From the human T2T-CHM13v2.0 reference genome, Homo sapiens, in assembly GCF_009914755.1 (NCBI RefSeq), contig NC_060937.1: DNA of 64,000 bases. One strand, given 5' to 3'. The notes under the pieces were generated by a model, which saw only the letters and a program-made list of their open reading frames with translations, was not told where the DNA came from and did not search any database. Shown piece after piece: positions 13,489 through 28,600 of the stretch; the first letter of the stretch is position 1; every line of letters begins with the position of its first letter. The translations under genes and the position numbers were made by a program.

Positions 13489-14030
13489 TGTGGTAAACAA
13501 AATTATGAGATGATGCCCAGCGACCCCATACTCTTATATAACTCTCTCCCCTTCAGTGTAGGCAGGATCTGTGGATATGATGGAACATCACTCCCTGATT
13601 ATGCTTATGGTGAAGATACAAGGGTTTTGCAGATGTTACCAAAGGCCCCCATCAATAGACCTTGAGTTGGTCACAGGGAGATTATCCTGGGTGGGTCTGA
13701 TTTATCAGGTGAGCCCTTAAAATAGGATGTAGGGCTTTCCTGAGCTGAGAGACTCTCTCCTACTACTCTTGAAGAAGAAGTCAGTTTGAGTTTTACAGCT
13801 TCAAGTAAATGAATTGTGCCAACAACTCTGTGAGTTTGGAAGAGGATCCTGAGCTTAGACGAGACTGTGCCTTGGCCAACATTGATTGCAGCTTTGTGAG
13901 ACCCTGAGGAGAGAACCCAGCTAGGCTCTACCCAGACTCCTGACCCACAGAAACTATGAGATAATAACTGTGTTGCTTTAAGCTATTAAGTTTGTAGCAA
14001 CTAGCTACATGGCAATAGAAAACTAATACA
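13489..14030 (+). mobile_element. MLT1 (MLT1E-like) MaLR solo LTR
   Basis: tgtggtaaacaaaatt...gagattatcctgggtggg...gactcctgacccacagaaact...gaaaactaataca. Confidence 0.8.
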
Positions 14031-14195
14031 TTGCACTTGTCACATAATTTTTGTTTACATTAATGCTTCCTGCTAGGCAAAACATTCCTAAAGGGCATGA
14101 CTGTGTTCTTTTTATCTTGGTTTCACCAATATCTAGCAAAATGCTTATGTATAGTAAATATTTAATAAACCTTTAGTTAATAAATGACTGATGAT
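14031..14195 (+). mobile_element. L2 3' fragment
   Basis: cctaaagggcatgactgtgtt...tctagcaaaatgctt...aataaatgactgatga. Confidence 0.5.
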
Positions 14196-16211
14196 TAACA
14201 TTCTGAAATGAAAAGAACAAAAATATCCATTTAGATCTTTGTAGTGCCTTTTCATATTAACTCTTTGAAATTTCAAATCTCAGCATGTCTTGGAAAATTG
14301 TATAAAGTACTTTCAGTTTTCAAACTTCTTTCATGTATGTAATATTATTTTGAGCTGCGCTAATATTACCCATGGCAAACGAAGGTGCTAGATCCCTGGG
14401 GGCCTTGACAATTTCAAGAAACATCCCCAGGCCATACTTTAGTTCTATAGGATTGCTCACCAAAATTAGTGGAGCAGATCTTTACAGAAATCTAAGACTG
14501 TGGTGTGACCTTGCCAAATTGGTGTCAGGTGCTCAAGATGGAAAACTGAAGGAAATTTAAATCTTGAACATAAATTTCTTAGTCTTAAAAAGGGATAAAA
14601 CAGCATACATAAGTCTACCATACTGAATTTTCCAGATATTAATGTTTAATGCTTAATCTCTCTGCATAGCTCAGGAACTATTGAATGAATTAATATTTCT
14701 AATGCACCTAAAAGTACTTTGATTAAAGATATTAGAGAAATACAAAAATCTGAACTTCTAATAAGATGATAGAATTGTCTAAAATATGAAAAGCATTCAT
14801 CAATTGAGAGTATAGAAATTTTAAAAAGATAGTACAAATACGATTTTATGTGGAGAGGCTTTATTTTTAAAGTCCCCAAACCAAAATTAATTACTGGAAT
14901 TCTTTCTTGTATCTGTTATTCTTGCTCTTTCTTGAAGAGGAGATAACTGAAGATCAATCTAGCTGTACAGATGATAGAAAAGAGAATAAATAAACCATCT
15001 TTTAAATAAATATGGTGAGTTCAGACTTTCAGACTCAGAAACTATACCCTTGGATACAGCAAATTCCATATCTGCTCTTTCTTTAATTTTAATAAATATA
15101 CTTGAAATTACACTTTGATACATTGATGTGGCTATGATTATAGAATTAACTACTTAGGAAATAACTATCTTATCTATTTTGAAAGCTTGTCATTATAGTT
15201 CTCTTGAAGCCTCAAACCCCTGGGCATAAATGCAATACTGAGATCAGAGGTAAAATTCTCAAAAGAAAAAAAAAGGCTATTTTGTAAGTGAGAGATAAAA
15301 AGTTATTATAGGCTTACCCTTTCTCATGTCAATTTCTTAAATGTGAAAAATATCCAATGAACCCATTAAATACATTTTGACAGAGTAACAGCAGGAGGCT
15401 TGTTGACCTTTCACCTCGTATTGATTTCCCCTTCAGTCGTTTTCCTTGGTGATTTCCACTTTTCCTGCATATATTTTGCCCCCCAGTCCACTCTCCACAT
15501 GCCACTTCTGTAATCACTTGCGATGGAAACCCACACAAAGCCCTGAGCTACACTGACACTTTGGGAGAACCTTGAAAATAAAGCAGCCACATCACTCACG
15601 TCTATCAATAAGTTCCTCAATTGGCAAATATTTTTATAAAACATAGACACACTTGCCATCTCAATGATGCAGCTGAGCACATGAACACTTGGGTGAGTCA
15701 AAATGATTATTAATTATTATTCATATGCTCATCAATTCCACCAGCATTGATCAGTGGGCCAATCTAGTTATGACACCAAAATGGAGACCCAAGAAATAGA
15801 AAGGAGGTGAAGAGCAACCTTCTCGCAATCTAGTAATAGAAAAATCCCATGTATACAAAACAATCAGGAAAAAAATCTCACGGTAAGAAATAAGTAACTA
15901 GGGTGTCATTTAGAGGTGCCAGGCAGTTGAAATTAAGTGAGGAATCTGAGTGAGCTTACTTAACCCTAAAAGAATCAAGAATAAAACTAGAAGTGGCTAG
16001 AGTTGTTCTGATTTTGTTTTCTGAAAAGCATGATTATATATCTTATCTGTTTTCAGTAAAGAATAGTCAGGGGATATGCAACAGTAGATGTTAATAAGCA
16101 GGCTCAGACTCAGTAACCCTGCAACAGAAGCTCTAGTGAAAAGGCAGAGATGGCCAGGGTAGAGAGGGAAGGACATGTAAGTTGTAAAAGTACTTTAAAA
16201 ATAATCTGCAT

Positions 16212-16742
<531 letters not shown>

Positions 16743-17119
16743 TTAAAGCAGTTTGCCAGCCTCCTCATTCCAAGAAAAGCAAAGTCATTCCACATAGCAT
16801 TAATATGCGTTACAAGTTTGGTTGAAGATTTCTTATGGAGGGGGAAGCACATGTTTATATGAGAAAGAAACTCTTACAAATCCAGAGGCATGTAGGCTCT
16901 TGCCTGGGTCCCTCTTTGGCTGCTAGTCACAGGGGCTCCTTCCCTCCCTCCCTTTTGCATGTGCAGTGTCCATGGCCTCCTTATGTCCACTTCTGGCTCA
17001 TTGGTCTTGCCTAGCTTCTCTAGGATATCTGTCCTCTTTTTATGCTAAGCACCTCAGCTCTGACTTAGCTCCAGGCTGTCATGCCAACCAGCCTTACCAG
17101 CTGTCAAATAAAGAAAAAG

Positions 17120-19107
<1,988 letters not shown>

Positions 19108-19348
19108 AAAGAAAAAGCTACCAGGATCCACCTGCTTTCTAAGTCAATGGGAGAATGCACATTAAGGATACTAATGTCCTACCCAAATATTCCCCTGCCG
19201 CATAAGGTTTGGAATCATGGAGTGATACTAGTAATTTAGCCTTAATACAGAAAATACAATAGGATGGAAGGTATTCATATTCTTAATCCATTCCCTTTCC
19301 CATTTCTTCAACAAATACCTCAGAGTTTCCCTTTTCTTCACAAACCCC

Positions 19349-19794
19349 TATTATGAACTGAATGTTTATGCCCACCCAAGCCCTAACTCCCACTGGGACT
19401 GTATTTGGAGATACTGCCTGTGAGGAGGTGATAAATGTCAAATGAGGTAATAAGGTGGGGCCCTAACCCAATAGGGCTGGAGTACTTAGATGAAGAAGAG
19501 ACGTCAAAGCTCTCTCTGTCTTCCATGTGAGGACACACAAGAAAGCAACCATCTGCCAGAGACCCCTCACCAGAAACCACATAGGCTGGCACCTTGATCA
19601 TGACTTCTAGCCTTCAGAAGTCCTCCTCTCTTCCTTTTGCGTGTGCATTGTCCATGGCTTCCTTATGTCTGCCTCCTGGCTCATCTGTCTTGAGAGATAA
19701 GCCAGGAAGCAGATATAAGAAGAAATAAAATTTTTGTTGGTGAAGCCAACTAGTTTGTGGTATTTTGTCATAGCCACCTGAGCAGACTAATACA
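19349..19794 (+). mobile_element. MLT1A-type MaLR solo LTR carrying a ~100-bp non-LTR insertion
   Basis: ggggccctaacccaatagg, gctggcaccttgatcatgacttctagcc, terminus gcagactaataca. Confidence 0.8.
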
Positions 19795-19799
19795 ATCTC

Positions 19800-21060
19800 C
19801 TACTCCACAATCTCTCCATTCACTGTTAGCAGATAAGCTTGCATCTCGCTTCACTGCAAAAATTGAAGCCTTTAAGTATTAATTTCTTCAACTACCTCCT
19901 ACACTACCTCCAAAAGTCTCTCCTTCCACCTGTTCTTTCCTGCTTCCCCCATCTCAGTGGAAGAGTTAACAGCACACCTGTTCAAGGCACATTCCCTCAC
20001 TTTGCATTGAGATCCATCCCCTCTCACCTTTGAGCTGATAGCACTCTCCTGCTTCAAGCCCTCACATGGCCGCCCATTGCACCTTAAATAAAATTCAACT
20101 TCTTAAGATGGACTACAAGGCACTGTGACCTCACCCCCTGACTATCACCCCCCGACCTCATCTCCCACCACAATGTAGTTGTTGAATCACTGTGGCTTCT
20201 TTCTGTGTCCCAGTCACACCAAGTTCATGTCTACCCTATATGCATACACTAGTTATCATTCTATCTAGAATGCTCTTCCCCAGAGCTTCCATGGCTAGCT
20301 CCTTGTTTTCATTCAAGTCTCAGCTCAAATGTCAACCCTTTGAAAAGAACATCCAATATAAAGCCTTTCTACAGAAAGAAAGAAAAAGTAGACCTTCCAT
20401 TCTCATCACATAACTCTCTGAAATTACTTTTTATTTCTCTGAAATGCCTATTCTCCTTCATTTTATTGGCTGTCTTCACCCAATAGAGTATCATCTCCAA
20501 GAAAACAAACATCTTGTCTATTATTCACTTCTATGTCCTCAGTTTCCTAAGGCAATGACTGGTACTAGTATAGCTTCTGAAATCACTGGCGAACCCATCA
20601 TTGCCTCTCTTCCGTATTCCCAGCTGATCATCCCTTTGGTTATTTTTTCTCAGCATAAAAACAAACTTGAACATTTCCCATTCTAAAAGCAAAAATTTCC
20701 ATCTGACCACACATCTCCTATTAGCTGCCTGCCTGTCTATTTCCTTCCCATAATGGCCATGCTTCCTTAATGAGGACGCTAAACCACTTATTTCCACCTT
20801 CTCAATACCCTTTCACTCCACAACCCACTATAATCTGGCTTTACTATTACCCTACCCACCCCAATATCTTTTACTAAGATTATAAGTGACCACCAGATTG
20901 CCACATCCAAGAGATCCTGTTCTTCCCTCATCCTGCTTGACCACCTGGGACATTTGATTTGCTTGACTATCCTCTTTTTTCTGAGACTCTCTCCTTCAAC
21001 TTTAATGTAGCCACATTCTCCTACCATTTCTTTATTTACCTTATCTTTATTGACTTTTTC
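19800..21060 (+). mobile_element. L2 fragments
   Basis: ctcctgcttcaagccct...aaattcaacttctt...caaggcactgtgacc; aagtctcagctcaaatgtca; cactataatctggcttt. Confidence 0.6.
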
Positions 21061-21258
21061 TTTTCCTACATGAGTATCTTTTCTACCACAGTTTAGGGAA
21101 TGCAGTTCTAGTGCTTCTAGGGGGCCAGCAGGAAAGGTACAGGTATAAAAAACCTGCAGGCAATTAGCAGGAGGTGATGGGGACTGTGAGGGAGTGCAAA
21201 TTGTTCCTTATCCTTTCCAGAAGCCATTCACCTTCAAGTTTTTAAAAATGCTATGTTA

Positions 21259-21552
21259 GCCAGGCACAGTGGCTCACGCCTGTGATCCCAGAACTTTGGG
21301 AGGCCAAGGCAAGAGGATCATTGAGCCCAGGAGTTCAAGACCAGCCTGGCAAACATGGCGAAACCCTGTCTCTGCAAGAAATACAAAAATTAGCTGGGCA
21401 TAATGGTATGTGCCTGTAGTCCCAGCTACTCGGGAGGTTAAGGGAGGAGGATCACTTGAGCCTGAAAGGTCAATGCTGCAGTGAGCCATGATCATGCCAC
21501 TGCACTCCAGGCAAGACCATGTCTTTAAAAAAATAAAAATAAAAATAAAAAT
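21259..21552 (+). mobile_element. AluJ element with (TAAAAA)n tail
   Basis: gaggatcattgagcccaggagttc, gctgcagtgagccatgatc; approximate TSD aaatg..atgtta. Confidence 0.9.
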
Positions 21553-21744
21553 AAATGTGATGTTAGCCAAATTGTATCTGTGGGCAAATGGAGACCACTG
21601 ATTTGTAGCCTGTGCATTAAATGTTGGTGTTTCTTGAGGTGTGTCCTTGGGTTTATTATTTCTACTACATACTTTGATTTGATAACCTCACCCACAACTA
21701 CAATGTCAAATACCACTGATACTTCTTCAATTCCAGAGCCTCTA

Positions 21745-21985
21745 TATAGCATAGAGATTTATGACACAGGTAGAAGATCAGAAATATGTGAATTTGAGTC
21801 CCTTCTCAGCCATATACCAGATCTGTGGCATTAGGTAAATAACTTTACTCTGAGCCACAGTTTCCTTATATGTAAAATGAGGATGAGAGTAGATATTCTT
21901 ATGAGTCTTCTGAAGATGAAATTCATGCATGTAACTTGCTTTGCACAGTATCTAGCACACAATAAGTACTCAGTGAAAGTTAGCT
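21745..21985 (+). mobile_element. MIR SINE
   Basis: ctctgagccacagtttccttatatgtaaaatgagg core and gcacacaataagtactcagtgaaagttagct tail. Confidence 0.75.
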
Positions 21986-22721
21986 CTTTGGTTGAACCTC
22001 TCTGTGGAGAAGGCCAACAGACAATTCAAATTCAACATTTCAAATCCACAATTATCTTTCTTGCGCAGCTTTATCCTTGCATCACAGGCACCACTGTTTA
22101 TGCAGTGTCCAGGCCAGAAGCCAGGAATCATTCTAGTGTTCTTCTTTTCCAGCTCTGCCCCATCCCACCCAGACGTTTATCTCTAAGAGGCCCAGACATT
22201 TGACCTGCATTATAGCTTATCAACTCTATACCCTTTCCTTCAGTTCTTCCATACCGAGTCTTTGCTTTTTCCAGCCTTACTGAGGAATAATTGACAAATA
22301 TCAAAACATCATGTTGTTCACCATATTTGTATTCATTATAAAATGATTATCCATAATCAAGCTAATTAACATAACCATCACTTCATATAGTTATCCTTTC
22401 TGTGTGTTTGAAATGAGAACATTTAAGATCTACTTTCTTAGCAATTTTCAAGTATACAATGCATTATATTAGCTGTAGTCACTATGCTGTAAAAGAGATC
22501 TCTGGAACTTATCCTGTCTCACTGAAACTTTGTACTTTTAGAGCAATAGCTCCCCATCCCCTCCATCTGGTCCCTGGCAATCACCATTGATTTTTTCAGA
22601 TTGCATACATTAGTGAGATCATGCAGTATTTGTCTTTCTGTACCTGGTTTATTTTACTTAGCATAATGTCCTCCAGGTTCATCCATGTTGTCACAAAATG
22701 GCAGATTTCCTTCTTTTTTTG

Positions 22722-22760
<39 letters not shown>

Positions 22761-22836
22761 GAATCTTATTCAGCTTCACACACAATAGAAAAATATATGT
22801 GTTTACATATATGTATTATATATATGTGTACACATA

Positions 22837-22895
<59 letters not shown>

Positions 22896-23020
22896 CACAT
22901 TTTTGGGTCCATAATATTCCATTATGGGTGTGTATAGAATATTACAGACCAAAAAATATGATATGCACAAACACACACACACACGTATGTATTATGTATA
23001 TGTGTGTTTGCATATATATT
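22722..23020. repeat. Compound (TA)n/(CA)n/(TG)n microsatellite region
   Basis: Direct read; long pure (TA)n at about 22845-22891. Confidence 0.9.
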
Positions 23021-23419
23021 AAATAATCACATTTTTTTATCCACTTATCCATTGATAGATACATAGGTTGATTCTTTATCTTGGCTATCGTAAATAATAC
23101 TGCAATGAACATGGGAATGTAAGTATCTCTTTGACATACTGACTTCATTTCCATTGGATACATAATCTGTAGGGTATGGCTGGATCATATAGTAGTTCTA
23201 TTTTTAATTTTTAAAAAATCTTTTTAGTGTTTTCCAAAATGGCTGTATGAATTTACATTCCCACCAACAGTATGCAAGAGTTCCCTTTTCTCCACATCCT
23301 TGCCAACACTTGTGATCTTGTGATCTTGTGATCTTCTGTCTTTTTGATTTAGCCATTCTAACAGATGTGCTTTGAATTTTCATTTTCCTGATGACTCCCG
23401 TTGTTGAGCATTTTTTTCA

Positions 23420-24642
23420 TATGTCACATGCCACGTGACATTTCACTCAACAATGAACAGCACGACAGTGGTCCCATGAGATTACAGCAGAGTTGAAAAA
23501 TCCCTCTTGCTTAGTGTCCCATAGCCATCATCGGTCATAGTGTAACACATTACTCACATGTCTGTGATGATGTTGGTATAAACAAATTTACTGAGATGCC
23601 AGTTATATAAAAAGCAGCATATACAATTATGTAGAGTACATACTTGATAATAGTAATAAATATGTTACTGGTATATGTATTTACTATACTATATTTTTAC
23701 CATTATTTTAGAGTGTACTCTTTCCATATATAAATATATAAACTGTAGAACAGCCCCAGGCAGGTACTTCAGGAGGAATTCCAGAAGAACGCATTGTTAT
23801 CATAGGAAATGACAGCTTCATGTGTCTTATTGCCCTTGAGGAACTTCCAATGGGACAAGATGTGGAGGTGAAAGACACTGATATTGATGATCCTGACCTT
23901 GTGTAGGCCTAGGCTAATGTGTGTGTTGTGCCTTCATTTTTAACAAAAAAAATTGTAAATGTAAAAAAGAAAACAAAAACAGGAAAAAAAGCTTATAGAA
24001 CAAAAATATGAAGAAAATATTTTTGTACAACTATGTAATGTGTTTGTGTTTTAAGCTGTGTATTATTACAAGAGAATAAAAAGGCTTAAAAACTTAAAAA
24101 GTTTATAACATAAAAAGTTACAGTAAATAAGGTTAATGTATTATTGATAACAATTTTTTAACAAATTTGTGTATCCTAAGTGTACAGTCTACAATAATTC
24201 ACATTAATGTCCTAGGCATTCACATTCACTCACCACTCACTGACTCACCCAGATCTATTAATGGTAGGTGCCCTATACAGCTTACCTTTTAAAAAATATT
24301 TTATGCCATATTTTTACTGTACCTTTTCCGTGTTTAGATATGTTTAGATATCTAAACATGGGATATCTAAACACATCTAAACACGGAAAAGGTACAGTAA
24401 AATATTTCATCGTGTTACATTAAATACCTACCATTGTGTTACAATTGCCTACAATATTCAGCAGAGTAGCATGCTGTACAAGTTTGTAGCCTAGGAGCAA
24501 TGGGCTATACCATACAGCCAAGGTGTGCAGTAGGCTGTGCCATCTAGGTTTCTGTAAATACACTCCATGATGTTCACACAACAATGAAATCACCTAAGGG
24601 TGCATATCTTGGAATAGTGTCTCAGTCGGTAACACATGACTG
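23420..24642 (+). mobile_element. Tigger3b (Golem/MER7-type) non-autonomous DNA transposon
   Basis: Starts ...cgacagtggtcccatgagattac...gaaaaatccc and ends aaatcacctaag...catgactg followed by TA; about 1.2 kb. Confidence 0.8.
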
Positions 24643-24678
24643 TATTTGTACGAAAAATTTGTAGGATTTGTATGTCTT

Positions 24679-25076
24679 TGTTTTAGTTCATTTGTGCTGC
24701 CATAACAAAATGCCATTGACTGGGCAATTTATAAATAACATTAATTTATTTCTCACAGTACTAGAGACTGGGACTTTCAAGTGACCAGCAAGTTGCATGT
24801 CTGGTGAGGGCTCAGTTTCCACTTTCAAGATGGCGGCTTGTTGCCGCATCCTCTGGAGGGAACAAATGCTGTGTCGTCATATAGCAGAAAGGACAGAAGA
24901 GCAACACAGTGCTTCCTTCAACTTTGATCTCTTTTATAAGGATGTTAATTCCATTTATGAGGGCACCACTTTCATTATTTAATCACCTCCCAAAGGCCAC
25001 CTCTTCATAGTGTTGCATTGAGAATTAAGCTTCAGCTGGAATTTTGGAGAGAACAAAAAACACTCAAATCACAGAA
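24679..25076 (-). mobile_element. MST/MLT1A-type MaLR solo LTR
   Basis: tgttttagttcatttgtgctgccataacaaaa...; perfect 5-bp TSD gtctt at 24674-24678 and 25077-25081. Confidence 0.85.
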
Positions 25077-26069
25077 GTCTTCTTTAAAGATATGTCCATT
25101 CAGGTCCTTTGCCCATTTTACAACTAAGTTACTGTTTTCTTGCTATTGAGTTGTTTGAATTTCTTATTTATTTTAGATATGAATCTCTTATCAGATATAT
25201 GGTTGGCAAATACTTTTTCCCATTATATAGGTTGTCTCCTCACTGTTGATTGTTTCCTTAACTGTGCAGAAGCTTTTTAGTTTGATGCAATCCCATTTGT
25301 ATATTTTCACTTTTGTTGTCTGTGCTTTTGGGGTGATAGCCAAAATTTCATTGCACAGACCAATGTCAAATCTTTTTCTTTGTTTTAAGGTAGTGACAGC
25401 TCCAGGCTTTACATTCACATCTTTAGTCAATTTTGAATAGATATTTGTATATAGTATGAGGCACAAATCCAATTTTACTCTCTTGTATGTGAATGTCCAG
25501 TTTTCCCAACATCATTTATTGAAGAGATTTTCCTTATCCTACTGTGTGTTCTTGGCCTCTTTGCCAAAGATAGATTTACTGTAAATGTGTAAATTAATTT
25601 ATGGGCTCTCTATTCTGTTCCATTGGCCTTGCATCTATTTTTATGATAGCAACATGCTGTTTTCATTATTATAGCTTTTGCAGTAGATTTGGAATCAGTA
25701 AATGTGATGCCTCCAGCTTCGTTTTTTTTTTTACTCAAGATTGCTTGGGTTATTTGTAGTCTTTTGTGGTTCCTTACATACTTTAACATTTATACTTATC
25801 TCTTACTTACTGCTATTTCTGTGAAACATGCCATTGAAATTTTGATAGAGATTGCATTGAATTTGTAGACTGCTTTGAGTAGTATGGGCATTTTAACAAT
25901 ATTCTTCAATTTATTTTGACATTGTTTTATAGTTTTCAGTGTACAAATCTTTCATCTCCTTGGTTATATGTGTTCGTAAGTATTTTATTTTTTGATGGTA
26001 TTGTAAATGGGCTTTTTTTCCTAGGTTTCTTTTTTGGGTAGTTCATTATTAGTGCATAGAAAAGTTGCT

Positions 26070-26131
26070 GACTTTTGTATATTGATTTGTGTCCTACGAC
26101 TTTTGTATATTGATTTGTGTCCTACGACTTT
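26070..26131. repeat. Perfect 28-bp tandem duplication
   Basis: gacttttgtatattgatttgtgtcctac twice (26070-26097, 26098-26125), plus gacttt. Confidence 0.9.
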
Positions 26132-26869
26132 ACTGAATTCATTTATTAGTTCTAACACAGTTTTGGTAATGTCATTAGAGTTTCGTGTGTGTGCACATGC
26201 ATGTGTGTGTGTTTTTATATACATATACATATATATACTTATATGTAAAATATACTGTCTTCAAATAGAGACATTTTTACTTCTTCCTACCCAATTTCTT
26301 TCTCTTGACTTAATTGCTCTGGCTAGGACCTCCAGTACTATTTTGAGTAGAAGTGGAGATAGTGGGCATCCTTGTCTTGCTCCTGACGTTAAGTATTTCA
26401 GCTTTTCAGTTTTGAGCATTATGTCAGCTGTGGGCTAGTCATATATGGTTTTATTATATTGAGGTACTTTTTTTCTATACGCAATTTGCTGAGAGGTTTT
26501 GTTTTTTAACATGAATGGATGTCAAATTTTGTAAAATGCCCTTTTTTACGTATACTGAGTGACCATATGATTTCATATGATTTCATAACTTCAGCCTGTT
26601 AATGTGTATTCCATTTACAGATTTGCACATGTTGAATAAGCCTTGTATCTCAGGGATAAATTGTATTTGATCATGGTGTACGATCCTTTTAAAGTGCTGT
26701 TGAATTCGGTTTGCTAATGTTATTTTGAGGCTTTTTATATCTATGTTCATCAGAGATGTTGTTGTGTAATTTTCTTTTCTTGTAGCATCCTTGTCCGGCT
26801 TTGGGATCCAGTTAATGCTGGACTCATAAAATTAGTTTGGAAGTGTTCGCTCCTCTTTAATTTTTACCA

Positions 26870-27300
26870 TATTCTTAATCTAGTCTTTATCATTTCTTCT
26901 CCAGATTACTGCCATGGCCCCTTAACTGAACTCTTTACCTCATGTGTCAACCCCCTTCAATCCATTCATTCTCTACATCTTTGTCAAAGCAATCCTTTTA
27001 AAATGAATTTTTAATCATGTCACTCCTCTGCTTGGAAACATTTCAAGTCTTTCTCCCCTCCCCCATTACCCCAATGTAATAAATAATACATTTCTGATCT
27101 GGACCTTGTTTTTACTTGAAGTATTACCTTCCATTGTCCTGCAGCCTGAACTCTTGCTTTAGCTACTCCCAATGACTTTGACCTTTTTGTTGCATGTTTC
27201 ACTCTTCTAGGAATGCCCTTCCACGCTCCTCTATCAGGCTAATTGCTACCCATCTCAGTTCAAGTATTGCTGCTTCTGGAGGCCTTTCCTGGCATGCCAG
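26870..27300 (+). mobile_element. L2 fragment
   Basis: ccagattactgccatggcc...atcatgtcactcctctgctt...ctaggaatgcccttcc. Confidence 0.6.
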
Positions 27301-27747
27301 ACCAATCTCCCCTGGAGCATGCCTGGTGAACAGTGCTGTTTCAATTATAATGAATGAAAACAGAGAGAAAAATTGACATTACTGGATGAGAGGAATGGCT
27401 AACAGTTTGACCTAAAAGATTTGACATTCTTTTATTGTTACCAAGAGTGAGAAAAATGAAATCAGTGAGTAGTATGCAGATAAGAAGAGAGATCTAACTG
27501 GATGATTTTAGTTTAAAATACCTGTGATTTGGAAAAATAAATAAATAATAAAAAACTTAAGTAAATGATCATATAGCATCTAAATCATATCTGAATAAAA
27601 TAATGTGCTAGACTGATATGCAGACACTTATAAATGACTTAACCATATGCCTGACAACTCAGACTGCCTGAGCACTGAGGAAAGCCTATCAGAATAAGTT
27701 ATAGGAAAACTTAGATAATAAGAATTCATAAGGGTCAGCTAGGTTAT

Positions 27748-28109
27748 TGATATGGTTTGGCTGTGTCCCCACCCAAATCTCATCTTGAATTGTTGCTCCC
27801 ATAATTACCACATTTTGTGGGAGGGACCTGGAGGGAGGTAATTGAATCATGGGAGCAGGTCTTTCCCGTGCTGTTGTCATAACAGTGAATAAGTCTCACA
27901 AGATCTGATGGTTTTATAAAGGCAGTTCTTCTGCACACACTCTCTTGCCTACTGCCATGTAAGTCATGCCTTTCTCCCCCTTTGCCTTCTGCCATGATTG
28001 TGAGGCCTCCCTAGCCATGTGGAACTTTGAGTCTATTATACCTGTTTTATAAATAAATTACCCGGTCTCCAGTATGTCTCTATTAGCAGCATAAGAACTG
28101 ACTGATACA
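27748..28109 (+). mobile_element. THE1 (B/C-type) solo LTR
   Basis: tgatatggtttggctgtgtcccc...gactgataca; perfect TSD gttat. Confidence 0.92.
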
Positions 28110-28229
28110 GTTATTTATTTAGGTTAGTTAAAATATCTTTGTTAGGAGATGAGCTAAACTGTTCGAAATGAATAAAAATACATACTGCCACTTTAATATT
28201 TAATATGATTTAACTCAACTGTGTGATTA

Positions 28230-28600
28230 TTATTACTATTTTTAGCTTTTATTGTAGGTTTGAAGTACATGTGCAGGTTTGTTATATGGTTACATTGCAT
28301 GTCATGGGGGGTTGGTATACAGATTATTTTGTCACCCTGATAATAACCATAGTACCCAACAGATAGTTTGATCCTCACCCTCTTCCCAACTTCTACTCTC
28401 AGTTAGACCCCAGTGCCTATCGTTCTTTCATTTGTGCCCATGTGTACTTAATGTTTAGCTCCCACTTATAAGTGAGAACATGTAGTATTTGGTTTTCTGT
28501 TCCTGCATTAGTTTTCTCAGGATAATGGCCTCCAGCTCCATTCATGTTGCTGCAAAGGACATAAGGGCATGCCTTTTATGGCTGTGTAGTATTCCATGGT
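28230..28600 (-). mobile_element. Short L1PA15/16-type 3' end
   Basis: L1 3'UTR; TSD tcaactgt(g/a)tgatta at 28215-28229 and 28601-28615. Confidence 0.85.

Larger units (their letters stand above)
22265..26865 (-). mobile_element. L1MA-type LINE-1 (3'UTR plus ORF2), interrupted by microsatellites, Tigger3b and an LTR
   Basis: L1MA 3'UTR (caagctaattaacata, tttaagatctactttcttagcaattttcaagtatacaat) and minus-strand ORF2 peptides ([18 protein letters not shown]). Confidence 0.85.
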
